Source of the DNA: Allosphingosinicella sp.
GTDB lineage: Bacteria; Pseudomonadota; Alphaproteobacteria; Sphingomonadales; Sphingomonadaceae
DNA: 64,000 nucleotides
Direction of reading: 5' to 3'
NCBI GenBank assembly: GCA_035543935.1
Contig: DATKIV010000013.1
Span: 24,412-88,411 of the forward strand
Shown piece by piece: positions 19,401-26,969 of the stretch (position 1 is its first letter; every line of letters begins with the position of its first letter). The position numbers were made by a program, and so were the translations under genes. The notes under the pieces were generated by a model. That model saw nothing but the letters and a program-made list of their open reading frames with translations, had not been told where the DNA came from and searched no databases.

Positions 19401-21576
19401 CCGCTCGATGAACGGCCTCAAGGCCGAATATCGCTCGGACCGCGTCTCGGCGACCGCCTTCGCCTCCGACACGCCGAACCGCCACCGCCGCGACGAAATC
19501 CAGGGCAACGGCCTGTCCGGCCCTTATGCTTTGGCCAGCCGCAACCTCCTCGCCAATTCCGAGCGGGTGACGATCGAGGTTCGCGACCGGCTCCATTCGG
19601 AGCGGATCCTCGAAAGCCGCCTGCTGATGCGCCATATCGATTATGACATCGACTATGCCGCGGGCACTTTGCGTTTCCGCGAGCCGATCCTGAGCCGCTC
19701 GTCGGCCCTCGATCCGCAGTTCATCGTCGCCGATTACGAGGTCGACGGAATCGCCTCGCGCGAGCTCAACGCCGGCGGCCGCGTCGCTTGGCGCAGCGCC
19801 GACCAAAGGCTGCAGGTGGCGGCGACCGCGATCCACGACAATGACGGCACCACCCGCACCAATCTGGGCGGCGTCGACGTCCGCTTCCGGCCGACGCCGA
19901 GGACCGAGATCCGCGCCGAAGTGGCGGTCAGCGACAGCCGCGCCACGGCGGCCGGCGGCGCCGCGCCGGCGCAGGGCGGCACCGCCACGGCCTGGCAGAT
20001 CGAGGTCGAGCATCACGACCGCCGCTTCGACCTGCTCGCTTACGCCCGCGAGCGCGAGGCCGGCTTCGGCGTCGGCCAGCTCAACGCCTCGGGCAACGGC
20101 ACGAGGAAGATCGGCATCGACGGCCGCGCGCGCCTCACTGACACCTTGTCGCTGACCGGCAGTGCCTGGACGGAAGATTATCTGGGCAGCGAGGCGCGGC
20201 GGATCGCCGGGCGCGCCTTGCTCGAATATCGCGGCCGCGATTTTTCGGCGCGCGCCGGCCTCACAATCGCCGACGACCGGCTCGCCGACGGCCGCACCGC
20301 CCGTTCGCAGATCCTCCAGCTCGGCGCGACAAGGCGCTTCTTCGGCAACCGGCTCGAGCTCGACGCGCAGACCGAGCTGCCGATCGGCGGCAGCGACGAC
20401 AGCATCGACTTTCCCGCCCGCCACCGCCTCTCGGCGCGCTTCGCGGTGAGCCGCAGCGTCGCCTTGATCGGATCCTACGAGATCGCCGACGGCGAGCATA
20501 TCGACGCGCGCACCGCCCGGATCGGCTTCGAGCTCGCGCCCTGGGCCGGCGCGCGCATCGCCTTGACCGGCAACATGCAGAATATCGCCGAATATGGCCC
20601 GCGCAGCTTCGCCGCCTTCGGCCTGTCGCAATCTTTGGTGCTGTCGGAGCGCTGGTCGGTCGATTTCACCCTGGACGGCAACCGCACGCTCGGCGGGATC
20701 GATCCGACCCGCGTGCTCGATCCGCTCCATCCGGTGGCGAGCGGCGGCTTCGTCGGCGACGGCGCCACGCTCACCGAGGATTTCACCGCGGTCACCGCGG
20801 GCGCGACCTATCGCGCCGGCCGCTGGAGCCTCACCGGCCGCGCCGAATATCGCGCCGGCGACCGCGAGGACCGCTACGGCGTCACCTTCGCCGCGCTTCG
20901 CCAAATCGGTGAAGGACGCGCGGTGGGGGGCGCGCTGAACTGGTTCACGGCCGAAGCCCCGGGGGGCGCCCGCACGCGCACCGCCAACGTGCAGCTGACC
21001 TGGGCCCACCGCCCGGCCAACAGCGCTTTCTCCTTCCTCGACAAGTTCGAGCTGCGCGAGGACATGGTGCGCGGCGCCGTCGCCGGCGTGCCCGGCCCGA
21101 TCGGCTCGCCCTTCACGATCACCGGCGACGCCCGCTCGCGACGCGTCGTCAATTCGCTGGCGGTCAATTACTCGCCTTATGGCGGCGGCCCCGGCGCCGG
21201 CTATTTCGGCCGCACCGAGCTTTCGTTCTTCTGGGGCAGCCGTTACGTCTCCGAGCGCGTGAGCGGGGACGACATCAAGGGCTGGAGCAACGTGGTGGGG
21301 GGCGATATCAGGTTCGATCTCAACGACATCGTCCAGATCGGCGCGGCCGGCAGCGTGCGCCAGGGCGTCGGCGGCCGCTCCTATTCCTTCTCGGGCGGGC
21401 CGAGCGTCGGCATCCGGCCGTTCGACAATGGCTGGCTCACCGTCGGCTGGAACATCGTCGGCTTCCACGACCGCGATTTCGAGCAGGATCGTTATACAAG
21501 GAGCGGCCCCTACGTGACCATGCGGATCAAATTCGACCAGTTCAGCCTGGCCGGGCTCGGCCTGGGGCGGCGATGA
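16483..21576 (+). CDS. Large outer-membrane protein D: Ig/SdrD-B-like domains, complete DUF11, predicted C-terminal beta-barrel
   Basis: Signal ending PAEA; LSKTAS...GDLVQYRVIVRN...ITDRIP...LNRAQA; ITGRVVD...TDASGLYHFEGVMPG; second half of alternating amphipathic strands ending YVTMRIKF. Confidence 0.8.
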   Translation: MKTRAHLLGATLLAFLASLILAAPAEAGAPATRTLTNVATISWDAGGQHVELPSNRVDIDVVPPPSTTAILETLRLTDTLFPPAVLAGTCSAATSQAQQTPLQGPEPPPLSSLAMIATSELVAGRPIVLSLDRPSANRDSQAIETIIVVVETDLGDRERIALVETGADSGRFIGILLTTTGPPVSGDCRFSVRPDQALVLTLSDAVGGAAVARKEVAILVDPFGIAFDSRDGAPVSEVRITLIDAATGQPALVFGDDGISSYPSTIVTGRSVTDAGGMRYDYPAGDYRFPLVRPGRYRLIVEPIAPYTAPSVATAADLAPLRRPDGLPFVVVAGSYGGEILLAGTGAVRIDIPLDRPVTPILLSKTASRAEAEAGDLVQYRVIVRNPDANAATGALSITDRIPHQMRLRTGSVKIDGVNVPDPANGGARVLTFALPSLAPAAQATLTYVLEVRPDARRGDALNRAQAAGPRGNVSNIADALVRIRRETILDRMTITGRVVDGGCGVDPRTRPGIGGVRIMLEDGSYAVTDASGLYHFEGVMPGTHVVQLDDATLPADRAAVDCSRNVRSGGRAFSRFVSGQGGSLMRVDFHAAESVPRAAVARRTAERPAAATDPIAAGAERDWFAGQEPGIAWLFPEVDHNPRAPVVRVAIKHLPGQSVRLLNGGRPVDPIAFEGARVNEAGTVAVSLWRGIPIEDRTTRLTAEIRDANGTVVTILTRPVTFSNVAVRAELVRSRSLLVADGVSRPVLALRLTDSNGRPVHHGLAGDFEVPAPYYPAVEADAQQARQLAGLERARPVWHVEGEDGVAYVELEPTTASGTVTLRFNFRDGELVREQRVEAWLDPGERPWTIVGLAEGTIGFNRLDRNMEALGQDPGRNEVITDGRLALYARGRISGRWLMTLAYDSDRRESETRFGGVIDPTAYYTVYADRSERRYDAASVRRLYLRLERPQFYALFGDYDTGIDEPELARYVRSMNGLKAEYRSDRVSATAFASDTPNRHRRDEIQGNGLSGPYALASRNLLANSERVTIEVRDRLHSERILESRLLMRHIDYDIDYAAGTLRFREPILSRSSALDPQFIVADYEVDGIASRELNAGGRVAWRSADQRLQVAATAIHDNDGTTRTNLGGVDVRFRPTPRTEIRAEVAVSDSRATAAGGAAPAQGGTATAWQIEVEHHDRRFDLLAYAREREAGFGVGQLNASGNGTRKIGIDGRARLTDTLSLTGSAWTEDYLGSEARRIAGRALLEYRGRDFSARAGLTIADDRLADGRTARSQILQLGATRRFFGNRLELDAQTELPIGGSDDSIDFPARHRLSARFAVSRSVALIGSYEIADGEHIDARTARIGFELAPWAGARIALTGNMQNIAEYGPRSFAAFGLSQSLVLSERWSVDFTLDGNRTLGGIDPTRVLDPLHPVASGGFVGDGATLTEDFTAVTAGATYRAGRWSLTGRAEYRAGDREDRYGVTFAALRQIGEGRAVGGALNWFTAEAPGGARTRTANVQLTWAHRPANSAFSFLDKFELREDMVRGAVAGVPGPIGSPFTITGDARSRRVVNSLAVNYSPYGGGPGAGYFGRTELSFFWGSRYVSERVSGDDIKGWSNVVGGDIRFDLNDIVQIGAAGSVRQGVGGRSYSFSGGPSVGIRPFDNGWLTVGWNIVGFHDRDFEQDRYTRSGPYVTMRIKFDQFSLAGLGLGRR

Positions 21577-22772
21577 TGCGCGCGCGGCTCTTCCTTCTTG
21601 TCGCGGCGCTGCTGCTGCCGCCGCTGCTGGCGGCGCCGGCCCGAGCGGCGTGCGACGCGAGCAACACCTATAACTTCGCCTTTTCGAGCGTAGCCGATAC
21701 GTCGCTAACCTATGGGACCACATACACTTATACAGCAACGAACCCACTTGGCGCGACGCGCGCGTTTACATTCCGTGCCGTCAACAATGGCCTGAGCTCG
21801 ATCCAGGTGAACAGCGACAATATGCCGCAGATCAGCGGCGACCTCACCAGCGGCACCGGTGGCAAGACGTTCCAGATCGGCGGCACCTTCCCCTCGCGCA
21901 CCGCGAGCATCACCTCGAACACGCGGACCATCCGGCTGACGATCGCGTTCGCGGTCCCGGTTCGCGACATCATCGTGAACGGCCACGATGCCGACTTCAC
22001 GAGCAACCAGTTCCGGGATTGGGTCCATCTGACCGGCTCGGACGGCACCTCGACCTTCGTGCCGGCGCTGTCGGCCCCGGCCGGGAACAATAACGGCGCC
22101 GGCGCGCGCACGGCGACGGGCTCCTCGGTCAATTTCGGGGCCGACAACGCTCCCTTCGTCCTCACCAGCAACGAGGCGGTCGGCGTCAGCACAAGCGCCG
22201 ATGTAAACGTGACCACCGGCGACGTCGTCATCAGCTTCCCGCAGCCGGTGACGTCGGTCACGATCAGCTACGGGAACTTTCCGCTACAGTCGGGCGAAAC
22301 GTCGACGGGCCAGCAGCGCTTCGGCATTTCCCAGGTGCGCTTCTGCCCGATGCCCTCGCTCGCGATCGCCAAGACCTCGGCCCCTTACGTCACCACGGCG
22401 GGATCGCCGGACAGGTTCAACGCGCCAGGCTCGGACGTCGCTTATTCGCTCACCGTCACCAACAGCGGCGGCAGCCCCGTCGATCTCAGCAGCCTGGTGC
22501 TGACCGACATGCTGCCAACGGGCGTCACCTTCTATAATGGCGACTATAATCCGGCCGTGCCGGGCATGGGGCCGTTCGAGCTCACCGCCGGGACCAGCGG
22601 CATCACCTTGCCCGCGGGCGGCCGCGCTTATTCCAACAATAACGGCTCGACCTACGTCTACGCGCCCGCGGCCGGCTACGACGCCAATGTCGATGCGGTG
22701 CGGCTGACGCCGACGGGAAGCATGGCCGCCAATTCGAGCTTCACCATCCGCTTTCGGGCGCGGATCAATTGA
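21573..22772 (+). CDS. Secreted protein E with unique N-terminal beta-rich domain and C-terminal DUF11-like domain (putative tip adhesin)
   Basis: ATGA overlap with D; signal ending PARA; Cys pair (ACD.../FCPMP) flanking the N-domain; IAKTS...PGSDVAYSLTVTN...LTDMLP...FRARIN. Confidence 0.75.
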   Translation: MMRARLFLLVAALLLPPLLAAPARAACDASNTYNFAFSSVADTSLTYGTTYTYTATNPLGATRAFTFRAVNNGLSSIQVNSDNMPQISGDLTSGTGGKTFQIGGTFPSRTASITSNTRTIRLTIAFAVPVRDIIVNGHDADFTSNQFRDWVHLTGSDGTSTFVPALSAPAGNNNGAGARTATGSSVNFGADNAPFVLTSNEAVGVSTSADVNVTTGDVVISFPQPVTSVTISYGNFPLQSGETSTGQQRFGISQVRFCPMPSLAIAKTSAPYVTTAGSPDRFNAPGSDVAYSLTVTNSGGSPVDLSSLVLTDMLPTGVTFYNGDYNPAVPGMGPFELTAGTSGITLPAGGRAYSNNNGSTYVYAPAAGYDANVDAVRLTPTGSMAANSSFTIRFRARIN

Positions 22773-22948
22773 CGCCGGCCTTGGCGTCGCAAAGTCGCGC
22801 ACGAAACCATCTAGCCAACAAAGATGTTTGTTTTCAAGAGCTTAACTGCGTTTTCGTAACGATACAGTAATACCCGCAGGTGTAGAGGATTTCACGAGGG
22901 ATTGGCGCGGCCGCGAAGGTCGGGCCAGGGGGCAAGAGGAGTAAGCCA

Positions 22949-23281
22949 ATGCACGTTTCGGCACAGGTCGAACTGAGCCGCGGGGACGACAGTCGCCGTG
23001 TCAAGCGGCGTCGCATCAACGCCATGGCGATCGTCCGCCAGCAGAAGCAGCCCAACGAGATGATCCACGTCGTGGACATTTCCTCGGTCGGGTGCGGGTT
23101 CCGGTCGCGCTGGCCCTTTTTCGCCGGCGCCCGGGTCTGGCTCGGGTTGCCGGGCCTCGAAACCTGGCCGGCCACGGTGGTCTGGTTCGAGGACGGCAAG
23201 GGCGGCATGCGGTTCGAACGGCCACTCCACCCGCTCGTCGCCGACCATCTCGCCGCGGCGCTGGGCCGCGAGGACCGCTAG
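22949..23281 (+). CDS. Single-domain PilZ protein
   Basis: RRVKR (RxxxR) and DISSVG (DxSxxG) c-di-GMP-binding motifs; GAGGAG RBS. Confidence 0.88.
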   Translation: MHVSAQVELSRGDDSRRVKRRRINAMAIVRQQKQPNEMIHVVDISSVGCGFRSRWPFFAGARVWLGLPGLETWPATVVWFEDGKGGMRFERPLHPLVADHLAAALGREDR

Positions 23282-23481
23282 CGCCGCACCGAAGCAGCTC
23301 CTCCCTGGAATTTGGTCCATATCGGTTGGAATTATTTGGCCGAAAAGGCCCGGATTTCCCCCAGCCGGCCAAGACGCGGCGAAAGATTGCGCGTCAATTT
23401 GGTGAATTGTTGCGCGAATCCGCTTCGTCTGGCACCTTCGCCGCGGGCGCGGACGCGGCGCGTGCCGCGCGGGGGACGGCG

Positions 23482-25050
23482 ATGGGCGACGGGCGACCGG
23501 ACGAGCTGCGCTACACGGCGTTCCTAAGCTACAGCCATAAGGACGCCGCGCCCGCCGGGCGGCTGCACCGGCGGCTCGAAACCTATCGCGTGCCGCGGCG
23601 GCTGGTCGGCACCGAAACCGCGCGCGGCCTCGTTCCCGCGCGGCTGGCGCCGATCTTCCGCGACCGCGAGGAGCTGCCCGCGGCCACCGACCTCAGCCAG
23701 ACCGTGCGCGAAGCGCTCGCCCGCTCCGGCTCGCTGATCGTCCTGTGCTCGCCGGCGGCGGCGGCCTCCTTGTGGGTCGCCGAGGAGATCGAAACCTTCC
23801 GCCGGCTCCACCCCAGGCGCCCGATCCTCGCCGCCATCCTGGAGGGCGATCCGCCCGACTGCTTCCCCGAGGTCCTGCGCGCTTTCGGCCAGGACGGCAC
23901 CTGGCACGAGCCGCTCGCCACCGACCTGCGCCGCCATCGCGACGGCCCCCGGCTCGGCCTGCTCAAGCTCGTCGCCGGCATCACCGGCATCGGCCTCGAC
24001 GCCTTGGTCCAGCGCGACGCGACGCGGCGGATCCGCCGCGTGATGGCGGTCACCGGCGCGGCGCTGCTGGCGCTGCTGGCGACGGCGGCCCTGGCGCTGG
24101 TCGCGATCAACGCCCGCGGCGAGGCGGAGCGGCAGCGGATCGCGGCGGAAGAGCAGATCGAATTCATGCTGACCGATTTGAGGCCGAGGCTGAGAAGCGT
24201 CGGCAGGCTCGACGTCATGACCGCCGTCAATCGGCAGGCGCTCTCTTATTATGACGGGCAGCAGCTGGAGGGCCTTCCGGCCGAGTCGCTGGAGCGGCGG
24301 GCGCGGGTGCTGCTCGCCATGGGCGAGGATGATTTGAACCGGGATCGATTCCCAGCCGCGCTCGCCGCCTTCCAGGCCGCGCATCGAGTCACGCAAGAGC
24401 AGCTCGCCCGGTCGCCGAACGATCCGGAGCGCATCTACGCCCACGCGCAAAGCCAATATTGGCTCGGCTTCGTCGACTATCGCCGGAACAATTTCCCGGC
24501 CGCGCGGCGGGCATGGCAAGGCTATAAGGCGCTGGCCGACCGCCTGCTCGCCCTCGACGCGCGCAATACGCGCTGGCTCAGGGAATCGGGCTATGCCGAA
24601 GGCAATCTCTGCACGATCGCCTTGGCGCCGCCGGCGGATCGCGTCGAAGCCGGCCGCGCCTGTCCCGCGGCGCTCGGGCGGATGGAGGAGGTGCGACGCC
24701 TCACCGGCGACGACCCGGCCGTGATCCTCGATCTCGCCAATCGCCACGGCTGGGTCGCCGACGCCTGGAATCTGGCCGGGAACTGGGATCGGGTCCTTCA
24801 CCATCGTCAGGTGCAGGAGCGGATGGCGCGCTGGCTGATCGCGCGCGATCCCGACAATATCGACTATCAGGATTTCTGGATGCGCACCCAGCTCGGCTTC
24901 GCGCGGCTCCTCGAAGGGCATGGCGAACGGGCACGGGCCCGGTCCTGGTATTCGGGAGCCGCGAGGACCGTCGCCATTCTTCGCGCGCGCGATCCCGAAA
25001 ATGCGAGCTGGCGCGGCTGGCAAAGACAAATCGCTCGGGCGATGGACTAG
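23482..25050 (+). CDS. TIR domain - transmembrane helix - TPR-like protein
   Basis: AFLSYSH, IFRDREEL, LIVLCSP, SLWVAEEI (TIR with putative catalytic Glu); hydrophobic helix VMAVTGAALLALLATAALALVAI; helical-repeat C-terminus; start trimmed from 23092 to ATG 23482. Confidence 0.85.
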   Translation: MGDGRPDELRYTAFLSYSHKDAAPAGRLHRRLETYRVPRRLVGTETARGLVPARLAPIFRDREELPAATDLSQTVREALARSGSLIVLCSPAAAASLWVAEEIETFRRLHPRRPILAAILEGDPPDCFPEVLRAFGQDGTWHEPLATDLRRHRDGPRLGLLKLVAGITGIGLDALVQRDATRRIRRVMAVTGAALLALLATAALALVAINARGEAERQRIAAEEQIEFMLTDLRPRLRSVGRLDVMTAVNRQALSYYDGQQLEGLPAESLERRARVLLAMGEDDLNRDRFPAALAAFQAAHRVTQEQLARSPNDPERIYAHAQSQYWLGFVDYRRNNFPAARRAWQGYKALADRLLALDARNTRWLRESGYAEGNLCTIALAPPADRVEAGRACPAALGRMEEVRRLTGDDPAVILDLANRHGWVADAWNLAGNWDRVLHHRQVQERMARWLIARDPDNIDYQDFWMRTQLGFARLLEGHGERARARSWYSGAARTVAILRARDPENASWRGWQRQIARAMD

Positions 25051-25065
25051 GCTCTCACTATATCG

Positions 25066-25115
25066 AGACCATGATTCACGTTTCAGGCCGATTCAGCCTG
25101 AAACGATCATGGTCT
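25066..25115. repeat. Palindromic intergenic element
   Basis: AGACCATGAT-tca-CGTTTCAGGC-cgattca-GCCTGAAACG-ATCATGGTCT hairpin. Confidence 0.75.
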
Positions 25116-25291
25116 AGGAGGCCGGCGACGGGCGTCACGGCCATGCGCGCCGCCTCCTCCTTGGCATTGCCGCGGCCGGCCCCGGCGTGACCGGCGTCAC
25201 GCGTGCCGCGCCGGCACGATGCCACAGACGTCGTCGCGGCGACCCCTGATGCGCAGTTCCGGGGCGGCCGTCGCGAAGCGATGAGGAGACG

Positions 25292-26953
25292 ATGATGCCG
25301 CTCAGGATCGATCCCCACCTGAGGTATCCGGTGCATCGCCGGAACGGTCCGGATCCGAGGCTGGGTTTTGAGCCTGATCGCGTCTATGTTGGCAATGAAA
25401 TGACGTCCGTTCCACTGTCGACGATCATCGCCCTCGCGCGGGCCGGGGCGCTCGATCATGCCTGGAGCCAGTTCAGCGCCGCCGGCTACGGTCGCGACGA
25501 GGACGATCCGGCGGCGCTGACGGTCAAGGGGCGGCTGCTCAAGGACCATGCGCTGCGCGCCTCGGGCGACGCGCGGCGGCGTTTCTATCTGCAGTCGGCC
25601 GACGCCTACCAGCGCTCGGCGGCGCTGCAGCCGGCGACCTATCCGCTGATCAACGCCGCGACCCTGTCGCTGCTCTCGGGCGACCGCGCTCGCGCGCAGG
25701 AGATCGCGCGCGAAGTGCTCGAGCGGATCGCGTGCGAGCCGGACGAGCCCGAAACGCCTTATTACCGCGCCGCCACCGAGGCCGAGGCGCTGCTCCTGCT
25801 CGGCCAGGCCGGCGAGGCGAAGACTGCGCTGGAGGCGGCGGTGGCGGCGGCGCCAAGAGCCTGGGAAGACCACGCCTCGACGCTTCGGCAATTCCTGATC
25901 GTCCAGGACGCGCTCGGCGGCAGGACGGAGTGGCTGGACATGCTGCGTCCGCCGCGCTCGCTCCATTATGCCGGCGCCGCGGCGCTCGCCGTGGAGGCGG
26001 ATCGCGCGGCGCTGGAGGAGGCCGTCGCGTCTTTGCTCGACGCGGAGCGGATCGGCTTCGGCTTTGGCGGGCTGGCGGCGGGCGCCGAGCTCGTGGTCGC
26101 CGAGGCCCTGCTCGCTCGCGGCGCCGAGCTCCACGTCATTCTGCCCGCCGATCCGGCCGGCTTCGCCGCGCGCTTCGTCGATCCTCACGGCGCCGCCTGG
26201 CGTGCGCGCTTCGACGCCGCGCTGGAGGCCGCCGAGACCGTCGAGCTGGTCCGGCCGCTCCAGGCGCCGCCCGACCCGCGCCAAGCCGTTCTGGCCGGCG
26301 AGGTGGCGCGCGGCGCCGCGATGCTCAACGCCGAGCGGCTGATGAGCGAGGCCGTGTTGTTGCGGGTCGGCGTCGATCCGGGTGCTCCAACGGGGCTGCG
26401 CACCCACCTCATCCTGCCCCCGGCCGGCCTCGGCCCTCCACAAGAGGAGAGCGAGCTGGCGGACGAATCGCGCGTGGCTTTGTTCGCCCTGCTCGCGGTC
26501 AGCGTCGGCAGCGGCGCCGACGCCGCGTTCGAGGACCGGCTCGAGGACGTCCAGGAAGCGCTCGCCCGGAGCGGAGGCGTCCGCATCGCGCCCCATCTCG
26601 GCGGCGATTCGATCATCATCGGCTATGACGGGCCGCTCGAGGCGGCGGCGGCGGCGCGCGCCATCCACGCCGCGTTGCGCGCGCGCATGCCGCTGCGCGT
26701 CGCCGGCCATTATGGCCTGATCCCCTGCGTCCGCGATCCGTTCATCGGCGCGCTCAGGCCGACCGAAAGCGGCACCGAGATCGTCCGCGCCATCGCCCGC
26801 GCCATCCCGCCAGACACGCTTTGCGTCTCGCACGATTTCGCCGCCGCGCTCGCCGCCCGCGCCGCGGCGCCGAGCGGGGCGAACTGGATCGGCGAGCTCC
26901 AGGCGTTCGACGGCGGCTCGGCGATCGGCCTCTACGCGCTGCGGCCGGATTAA
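25292..26953 (+). CDS. TPR-sensor (TPR-S/DUF4071-like) + SLOG-like + degenerate class III cyclase-like protein
   Basis: GRLLKD, YPLINAATL, YYRAATEAEALLLLG (TPR-S-like); GFGGLAAGAELVVAEALL...LHVILP...WRARF (SLOG-like); GGDS, LRVAGHYG, IPPDTLCVSHDFAA (cyclase-like); GAGGAG RBS at 25292, alternative ATG 25400. Confidence 0.65.
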   Translation: MMPLRIDPHLRYPVHRRNGPDPRLGFEPDRVYVGNEMTSVPLSTIIALARAGALDHAWSQFSAAGYGRDEDDPAALTVKGRLLKDHALRASGDARRRFYLQSADAYQRSAALQPATYPLINAATLSLLSGDRARAQEIAREVLERIACEPDEPETPYYRAATEAEALLLLGQAGEAKTALEAAVAAAPRAWEDHASTLRQFLIVQDALGGRTEWLDMLRPPRSLHYAGAAALAVEADRAALEEAVASLLDAERIGFGFGGLAAGAELVVAEALLARGAELHVILPADPAGFAARFVDPHGAAWRARFDAALEAAETVELVRPLQAPPDPRQAVLAGEVARGAAMLNAERLMSEAVLLRVGVDPGAPTGLRTHLILPPAGLGPPQEESELADESRVALFALLAVSVGSGADAAFEDRLEDVQEALARSGGVRIAPHLGGDSIIIGYDGPLEAAAAARAIHAALRARMPLRVAGHYGLIPCVRDPFIGALRPTESGTEIVRAIARAIPPDTLCVSHDFAAALAARAAAPSGANWIGELQAFDGGSAIGLYALRPD

Positions 26954-26969
26954 TACGGACCCTCGGGCC

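Noticed and set aside
13796-22772. Classical chaperone-usher, curli, Tad or sortase pilus assignment
   Set aside because: No PapD/PapC, Csg, prepilin or LPXTG/sortase signatures visible.
23092-23481. N-terminal extension of the TIR protein
   Set aside because: Overlaps the PilZ gene and intergenic DNA; TIR homology begins right after ATG 23482.
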